The position numbers were made by a program, and so were the translations under genes. From Clostridia bacterium (lineage in GTDB: Bacteria > Bacillota > Clostridia > Christensenellales > UBA1242), in contig JBAXZR010000003.1 in assembly GCA_041670165.1 (NCBI GenBank), positions 1-64,000 of the forward strand: 64,000 nt of DNA. Direction: 5' to 3'. This document shows, in pieces, positions 58,478 through 64,000 of the stretch (position 1 is the first letter of the stretch; each line of letters begins with the position of its first letter). The notes below the pieces were generated by a model. The model was not told the origin of the DNA. It did not search any database and worked only from the letters and a program-made list of their open reading frames with translations.

Positions 58478-58918
58478 TTAAAATTCTTTTTCTTCAAAGT
58501 TCAGTTTCATCCAGTTTGGTGCTTTTCTGAAATTAAATTCTTTACTTACCAAAACTTTTTTTACACCATTCATATCATGGATTTCTTTTAAGCATATTTT
58601 ATGAAGTATGTTTAACTCTTTACAAAAATATACAATTTTTTGAAATGCTTCATCATATGATTTTTCTACAAAATAATAACCTAATCCACCTTTTTCATTG
58701 ATATATTTATAGTCAGGACAAAAAGTCATAATTTTATTTTTAAGATTCAAAATTTCCTCATTAGTTATGTAAATTTCTTCAAAATATTTTTTTTTGCCAA
58801 ATTTTTCAATAAATTTTCTTAAATCATCACTTATAAATAATATTTTGTCATCTTTAATAAAAATATCATTTCCATTATTCAAAAAAATTAGTGGAACAAA
58901 ATTTTCTATACAATTCAT
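58478..58918 (-). CDS. Hypothetical protein (146 aa)
   Basis: RBS gaggtaaaag. No recognisable motif. Confidence 0.5.
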   Translation of the reverse strand: MNCIENFVPLIFLNNGNDIFIKDDKILFISDDLRKFIEKFGKKKYFEEIYITNEEILNLKNKIMTFCPDYKYINEKGGLGYYFVEKSYDEAFQKIVYFCKELNILHKICLKEIHDMNGVKKVLVSKEFNFRKAPNWMKLNFEEKEF

Positions 58919-59052
58919 GCTTTTACCTCAAATTCTTATTATTTTAGTATTGATTATGAAATATTACAACGAAAGTATTTTTTATATTTATAAAGAATGT
59001 AAAAACATTAAGAAGAAAATGCACATATAATGAGATATTGGAGTCAAAAAAA

Positions 59053-60849
59053 ATGTGTGGATTGATGGGAATTGTGTCAAAAGTAGTCAATAAGGAATTA
59101 GCTCTGAATGCGTTGCAAAAATTAAGTCATAGAGGTCCTGATGAAGAAGGTGTTTTTGAAGATGAAAATGTGTTTTTGGGACATAAAAGGTTGGTTGTCG
59201 TAGATAAGAAAAATGGAAAACAGCCATTTGTTTTTAAAGAATATATTTTAATATACAATGGTGAGCTTTATAACACAGATGAGCTAAGGCAAGACTTAGT
59301 GCAAAAAGGTTATTCATTTATTGGTTATTCAGACACTGAAGTTTTGGTTAAAATGTTTGCTGAATATAAAGAGAAATGCGTGGAAAAGCTTAACGGAATT
59401 TTTGCTTTTTCTGTGTGGAATACAAAAACGAAAGAATTTTTTGCCTGCAGAGATAGAGTTGGTGTTAAACCTTTGTTTTATTGTAAAAACAAAGACGAAT
59501 TTATGGTTGCATCAGAAATTAAATCAATTATTTCATATTTCAATATAAACACAATTTCTCTTTGTGGATTGCAAGAAATTTTGGGTTTAGGACCTTCTCG
59601 CTCTGCTGGTAGTGGAATATATTCGAATGTTTTTGAGTTAAGGGCAGGACATTATTTGTTTTTTAGAAATAATGAGATTGAAATTAAAAGATATTGGAAT
59701 GTGGTTTCAAAGGGCTTTTCTGACAGCTTTGACGCGTCAACAAAAGAAGTTAGATTTTTGCTTGAAGATAGCATAAAAAGACAATTAATTTCTGATGTTC
59801 CACTTTGTACGCTTCTGTCTGGTGGACTAGATTCAACAATAATCACTTTAATAGCTCAAAAATATAAGCCAAATGTTGAAAGTTACAGCATCGATTATGT
59901 TGACAATGAAAAGTTTTTTGCAAAAAATGACTTTCAAGTTGCAAGAGATAATGATTTTGTGAAATTGGTTTCAGAAAGGTACAATATTAAACATCACAAT
60001 GAAGTGATTGAAAATGATGAACTCATTGATTGTTTAACAAATGCTCTTGAACTTAAAGATTACCCCGGAATGGTTGATGTTGATTCATCATTATTTTGGT
60101 TTAGCAAACAAATTAAAAACAAATTTACTGTTGCTCTTTCTGGTGAATGTGCTGATGAAATTTTTGGCGGGTATCCGTGGTTTTATAGAGAAGATTTCAA
60201 CAACACTTTTCCTTGGATTCGTAATTTAGATGAAAGGGAAAGTTTGGTTAATGATAAATATAAAATGAAACTAAATTTGAAGGATTATGTTCAGGAAAAG
60301 TTTGATGAAACAATTTGTGAAGTTCCATTAAGCGGAGATGAAACAATTGAAGAAAAAAAACATAAACAGCTTGTTTATTTAAACATGATATGGTTTATGC
60401 ATACTTTACTTGAAAGAAAAGACAGAATGACAATGGGCTCAAGTCTGGAAGTAAGAGTGCCGTTTGCTGATCACAGGTTAATTGAGTATTTATATAATGT
60501 TCCTTGGTCATATAAATTTTATGGTAATTTTGAAAAAGGGCTTCTAAGAACTGCTTTTAAAGATGTTGTTCCAGAAGAAATTTTGCTTAGAAAAAAGAAC
60601 CCATATCCAAAAACTCATAATCCAAAATATTTAAAAAGCATTTCAACTTTGCTAGAAAAGAGCTTGTTAAGTAAAGATTCAATTTTGCACGAATTATTTG
60701 ATAAAAAGACATTATTATCCATTTTACAAGGTGAGAATGAAAATCTAAAACCTTGGTTTGGACAATTAATGACTAGACCTCAGCTTATAGCATTTTTGTA
60801 TCAGTTTGACTTGTGGTTTAAAAAGTACAATCTAAATATTGTTGTTTAA
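59053..60849 (+). CDS. asnB: Asparagine synthase (glutamine-hydrolysing)
   Basis: Ntn Cys2 (MCGLMGIV), PP-loop SGGLDS. 598 aa from ATG 59053. Confidence 0.88.
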   Translation: MCGLMGIVSKVVNKELALNALQKLSHRGPDEEGVFEDENVFLGHKRLVVVDKKNGKQPFVFKEYILIYNGELYNTDELRQDLVQKGYSFIGYSDTEVLVKMFAEYKEKCVEKLNGIFAFSVWNTKTKEFFACRDRVGVKPLFYCKNKDEFMVASEIKSIISYFNINTISLCGLQEILGLGPSRSAGSGIYSNVFELRAGHYLFFRNNEIEIKRYWNVVSKGFSDSFDASTKEVRFLLEDSIKRQLISDVPLCTLLSGGLDSTIITLIAQKYKPNVESYSIDYVDNEKFFAKNDFQVARDNDFVKLVSERYNIKHHNEVIENDELIDCLTNALELKDYPGMVDVDSSLFWFSKQIKNKFTVALSGECADEIFGGYPWFYREDFNNTFPWIRNLDERESLVNDKYKMKLNLKDYVQEKFDETICEVPLSGDETIEEKKHKQLVYLNMIWFMHTLLERKDRMTMGSSLEVRVPFADHRLIEYLYNVPWSYKFYGNFEKGLLRTAFKDVVPEEILLRKKNPYPKTHNPKYLKSISTLLEKSLLSKDSILHELFDKKTLLSILQGENENLKPWFGQLMTRPQLIAFLYQFDLWFKKYNLNIVV

Positions 60850-61038
60850 AAGAAGACATTGCAAAATAATTAAAATAATGATATAAAAAATATTCAATTA
60901 ATTCTAAAGATAAAAAAATTGATTACAAAATAAGTAACTAGAACATTGGTTTAAACAAAAAAACTTGAGATAAATTAATTTCTACAAACAAAACAGTTTA
61001 TAAAGTTTATTTTATCAATTTTAAAAAAATAATAATCC

Positions 61039-61428
61039 TTATTTAAGACTTTTTGGACCAAAAAAATTAGGAAGCAATTCATCAAGAGTAAAAATTTTAA
61101 TTTCATTTTTTGCATTTTCAGTAACAACTTTCATATCTGGTGAAAATTCAACAAGCGCTTGTCTACAAACTCCACATGGGTATATGAAATCATCTCCATC
61201 GCTTACAATTGCAATGGCTTTGAAAGAGCATTCGCCTTCGCTAACTGCTTTCACAAGAGCTGTTCTTTCGGCACAAATTGATGAGCCGGCTGCGTTTTCA
61301 ACATTGCAACCAGTATAAACTTTTCCGCTTTCTGTTAAAAGAGCTGCACCAACTCTAAAATGGAAATATGGTGTATATGCAAATTCTTTTGCTTTTTGAG
61401 CTTGTTCCAATAAATATTTTTCTGTCAT
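61039..61428 (-). CDS. cdd: Cytidine deaminase
   Basis: CAERTA (Zn-binding C-A-E) and PCGVCRQ motifs. 129 aa. Confidence 0.9.
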   Translation of the reverse strand: MTEKYLLEQAQKAKEFAYTPYFHFRVGAALLTESGKVYTGCNVENAAGSSICAERTALVKAVSEGECSFKAIAIVSDGDDFIYPCGVCRQALVEFSPDMKVVTENAKNEIKIFTLDELLPNFFGPKSLK

Positions 61429-61552
61429 ATTTTTCCCTCTAACTAATTGTGAGTATACAATTTTTTAAAAATAGAAGCAAACATTTTATAATAATTAAAA
61501 TTTTATTAGAAAATTATTGACAAATAAAATCTACTGTGATAGCATACAGGCA

Positions 61553-61634
61553 TGCGGTCGTGGTGGAATGGCAGACACGTATGTTTAAGGGGCATATGAG
61601 AAATCGTGAGGGTTCAAGTCCCTCCGACCGCACC
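61553..61634 (+). tRNA. Type-II tRNA (long variable arm), Leu-like. By manual folding the anticodon reads AAG (Leu, CUU), which is unusual.
   Basis: Cloverleaf: acceptor gcggtcg/cgaccgc, T arm gaggg-ttcaagt-ccctc, anticodon arm tatgt-ttAAGgg-gcata, encoded CCA. D arm is nearly identical to the tRNA-Leu(CAA) at 63376-63461. Confidence 0.7.
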
Positions 61635-61996
61635 AAAATACTTGGGGTGACACCAAAAAAAATAGGCGGGTACGCAAAGTTAAAACTTTGCTAACTCGCT
61701 TTTTTTTGGTTTCCCTCCCAACTCCCTTTCCTACAGAAGTGTTCGTCCAAAAAATCTTGCGCCCGAACTAAATTCGTGCTGATTTTTTGAACTCCATATT
61801 TTAATCAATGTTCTGGTTAATAATTTTTTTTTGTTAAAAATGAGTATAATAATTAATTTTTCTAATATTTTATCAGGGAGGGGGACTTGAAGCCCAAGGG
61901 GGCTTTGAGGGAAAAAAGTTGCCAGTGGCAAGTTTTCTCCGAAAAGTGGCGAAGCAAGCTATGCTTGTAAGCCGTGCAAATGCTGAAAGCAATTGC
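61635..61996. repeat. Repeat unit R1 directly after the tRNA: terminator-like 16-bp hairpin + T8, a ~110-bp conserved core, a ~190-bp tail, and a 63-bp unique linker
   Basis: Near-identical to 62015-62309. The core is ~80% identical to the three left-end copies (1-487). Confidence 0.8.
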
Positions 61997-62014
61997 GTCC
62001 CTCCGACCGCACCA
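61997..62014 (+). repeat. Exact 18-bp duplicate of the tRNA-Leu 3' end (gtccctccgaccgcacca), with no upstream tRNA body
   Basis: Identical to 61617-61634. No matching 5' acceptor strand within 90 nt upstream. Confidence 0.85.
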
Positions 62015-62309
62015 AAATACTTGGAGTGACACCAAAAAAAATAGGCGGGTACGCAAAGTTAAAACTTTGCTAACTCGCTTTTTTTTGGTTTCCCTCCCAA
62101 CTCCCTTTCCTACAGAAGTGTTTGTCCAAAAAATCTTGCGCCCGAACTAAATTCGTGCTGATTTTTTGAACTCCATATTTTAATCAATGTTCTGGTTAAT
62201 AATTTATTTTTGTTAAAAATGAGTATAATAATTAATTTTTCTAATATTTTATCAGGGAGGGGACTTGAAGCCCAAGGGGGCTTTGAGGGAAAAAAAGTTG
62301 CCAGTGGCA
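62015..62309. repeat. Repeat unit R2, a near-identical second copy of 61635-61933
   Basis: Visual alignment shows only a few substitutions or indels (for example ttggggtg vs ttggagtg; T-run length). Confidence 0.85.
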
Positions 62310-62411
62310 TTTTTAGTTTCTTGCTTCTTATAGTTTAAAGTTTTTAGTTTAGAAAGTATAATAGGAATATTAAGCAGTATAAATTGAAATTAATAGCCAC
62401 ATAATATTTGC

Positions 62412-63098
62412 ATGAATGAAATTTTGAGAGTAGTTATTAATACATTAATTTCTTTTGCATATTTGTTTATAATTGCAAAGCTATTAGGAAAAAAACAAAT
62501 TGCTCAACTTGAATTTACAGATTATGTTTTAGGTATTTCTATTGGATCAATTGCAGCCCAAATGACTTTTGATACAGAAATTCCTTTTTATTTTTTTTTG
62601 ATAGCGATGACCATTTTTATGGTTCTTGCACTTATCTTAAATTATTTAGAAATAACACCCACTTTTTTAAAAACTATAATTAAAGGTAAACCACATATTT
62701 TGATTGAAGATGGAAAAATTAATTATAAGGAAATTAAAAAAGTAAGATTTGACATGAACGATTTATTATCGCTATGCAGATTAAAAAATTACTTTGATAT
62801 TGACGAAATTGCCTTTGCTATTCTTGAAACAAATGGCCAATTAAGCATTTTGCCCAAATCAGAGAACAAACCAGCAACTCTTGAGCATTTAAAAATTAAA
62901 GATAAAAAATCCAGCCTTTCAATTGATTTTATAATTGAAGGGAAAATTGTAGAAAAGGCTTTAAATCAAGCTGAAAAATCAAAAGATTGGCTCTATAAAA
63001 AATTAAATATATCTTCAAAAAATGATTTAAAAAATATTGTTCTTGCAACATATGATGAAGAAAATGATGAAATCATTGTTCATAATAAGAACTTGTAA
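62412..63098 (+). CDS. DUF421 (YetF-family) membrane protein
   Basis: N-terminal TM helices and conserved C-terminal YetF-like domain (..GK.IAQLEFTDYVLGISIGSIAAQ..). Confidence 0.7.
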   Translation: MNEILRVVINTLISFAYLFIIAKLLGKKQIAQLEFTDYVLGISIGSIAAQMTFDTEIPFYFFLIAMTIFMVLALILNYLEITPTFLKTIIKGKPHILIEDGKINYKEIKKVRFDMNDLLSLCRLKNYFDIDEIAFAILETNGQLSILPKSENKPATLEHLKIKDKKSSLSIDFIIEGKIVEKALNQAEKSKDWLYKKLNISSKNDLKNIVLATYDEENDEIIVHNKNL

Positions 63099-63341
63099 TT
63101 TAATACATTTTTTATTAAATCTATTTAATTCAAAAAATAATTAAAGTATAATCCTCATAGTATTTTTTGTATGTATTAATTAATGAATTAAATTATTTTT
63201 TAAAATTATTTTTTTTAAAAAAAGAAAATATAATTAATAAATATATAATTTTAAAAAAATACAATTGGAAATTAATGTTTTTTTATCTATATTATATTGT
63301 TTATAAACTTTAGCTTAGCAATTAATATTATTTTTGCTTAT

Positions 63342-63367
63342 AAAAAAGCCACAACTTAATGTGGCTT
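63342..63367 (-). terminator. Rho-independent terminator downstream of the minus-strand tRNA-Leu(CAA)
   Basis: aagccaca-acttaa-tgtggctt hairpin, followed on the minus strand by a T-run. Confidence 0.55.
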
Positions 63368-63375
63368 ATATTGTT

Positions 63376-63461
63376 TGGTGCCGAAGGCGGGACTTGAACC
63401 CGCATGTCCTTGCGAACATCGGATTTTGAGTCCGACGCGTCTGCCATTTCACCACTCCGGC
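63376..63461 (-). tRNA. tRNA-Leu (anticodon CAA), type II
   Basis: Reverse complement GCCGGAGTGGTGAAATGGCAGACGCGTCGGACTCAAAATCCGATGTTCGCAAGGACATGCGGGTTCAAGTCCCGCCTTCGGCACCA. Anticodon loop cuCAAaa, long variable arm, encoded CCA. Confidence 0.85.
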
Positions 63462-63607
63462 TTATGTTTGACAGGTGCATATTATCATAATAAAATCTTT
63501 ATTGCAAGTAAAATTTTATATATTTTTAACTAAAAGATAAGTTTTTGTGTTTAAATCTTTACTTTTTATTTTAAAAGATATATAATGAAAACATATTTGG
63601 AGGAACA

Positions 63608-63916
63608 ATGAAAAAGCTTGTAAATTTTATTATACTTGTAGCAAGTATTGTTTGGTTCGTAGTACTTCTTATTTTGGCAATTAATCAACAACTCAACACG
63701 AATATCACACCACAGTTTACAGATTTTTTTAATTTTTCAAAACAATATGGAGCTCTTATAATTCTTGGAACATATGTGTTCTTCAACACAATTGGAAGGG
63801 GATTCGTTAGAATTTTGTTTGGAATTTTAATTCTACTTCTCTTGGCTGGTGTTGCAATTATGATTATTAAGCCTGAACTTTTAAGTCAAGTTGTTACCAC
63901 TTTTCCTGCAGCATAA
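63608..63916 (+). CDS. Small hypothetical membrane protein (3 TM, 102 aa)
   Basis: RBS tggaggaac. Hydrophobic profile. Confidence 0.5.
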   Translation: MKKLVNFIILVASIVWFVVLLILAINQQLNTNITPQFTDFFNFSKQYGALIILGTYVFFNTIGRGFVRILFGILILLLLAGVAIMIIKPELLSQVVTTFPAA

Positions 63917-64000
63917 TGATTATACTTGAATTGTTAAAATGAGATTTCAAAGACAAATTTGAAAGAACTTATTTCCTTAGTTATAGCGAAACAAGTTCTT

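Noticed and set aside
61731-62310. Near-identical 66-aa ORFs (61731-61931 and 62110-62310) plus a 64-aa ORF inside the duplicated repeat units
   Set aside because: Their conservation is explained by DNA-level duplication. No RBS, and the reading frame runs through the terminator-like hairpin. Treated as non-coding repeat.

Overview
AT-rich (~70% A+T) chromosomal segment from a low-GC Firmicute. TGA acts as a stop codon and cell-wall genes murG and murF are present, so this is not a Mycoplasma-type coding scheme. The window is mostly housekeeping: tilS, lysS, rlmA, murG, gyrB-gyrA, pdp, tsaE, a tsaB-rimI fusion, murF, nfeD-floT, rdgB, an archaeal-type proS, a mreB-like/minD/minE/SpoIVFB-like block, a radical-SAM TIGR03960/DUF2344 pair, rplS, comM-dprA-topA-trmFO, trxA, pyk, mscL, asnB, cdd and two type-II tRNA-Leu genes. 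Interspersed are several accessory-looking loci: (a) an orphan ClpB-D2-only AAA+ ATPase with a novel N-terminal domain, next to a zinc-ribbon protein, a Gly/Gln-rich disordered protein, a small protein translationally coupled to an intracellular subtilisin, and a membrane-anchored C39-like peptidase; (b) a 1135-aa BspA-type LRR surface protein; (c) a tandem-OB SSB-like paralog; (d) a MurF whose N-terminal domain is replaced by a 5-TM domain; (e) a serine-palmitoyltransferase-like alpha-oxoamine synthase co-transcribed with mscL; (f) a nucleoside-deoxyribosyltransferase-like protein. Both ends of the window carry copies of one ~150-300 bp intergenic repeat family. The right-end copies are associated with an exact 18-bp duplication of a tRNA-Leu 3' end. 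No CRISPR array, transposase, integrase or prophage gene was found. All calls rest on reading the sequence and the ORF translations by eye; no database search was run.
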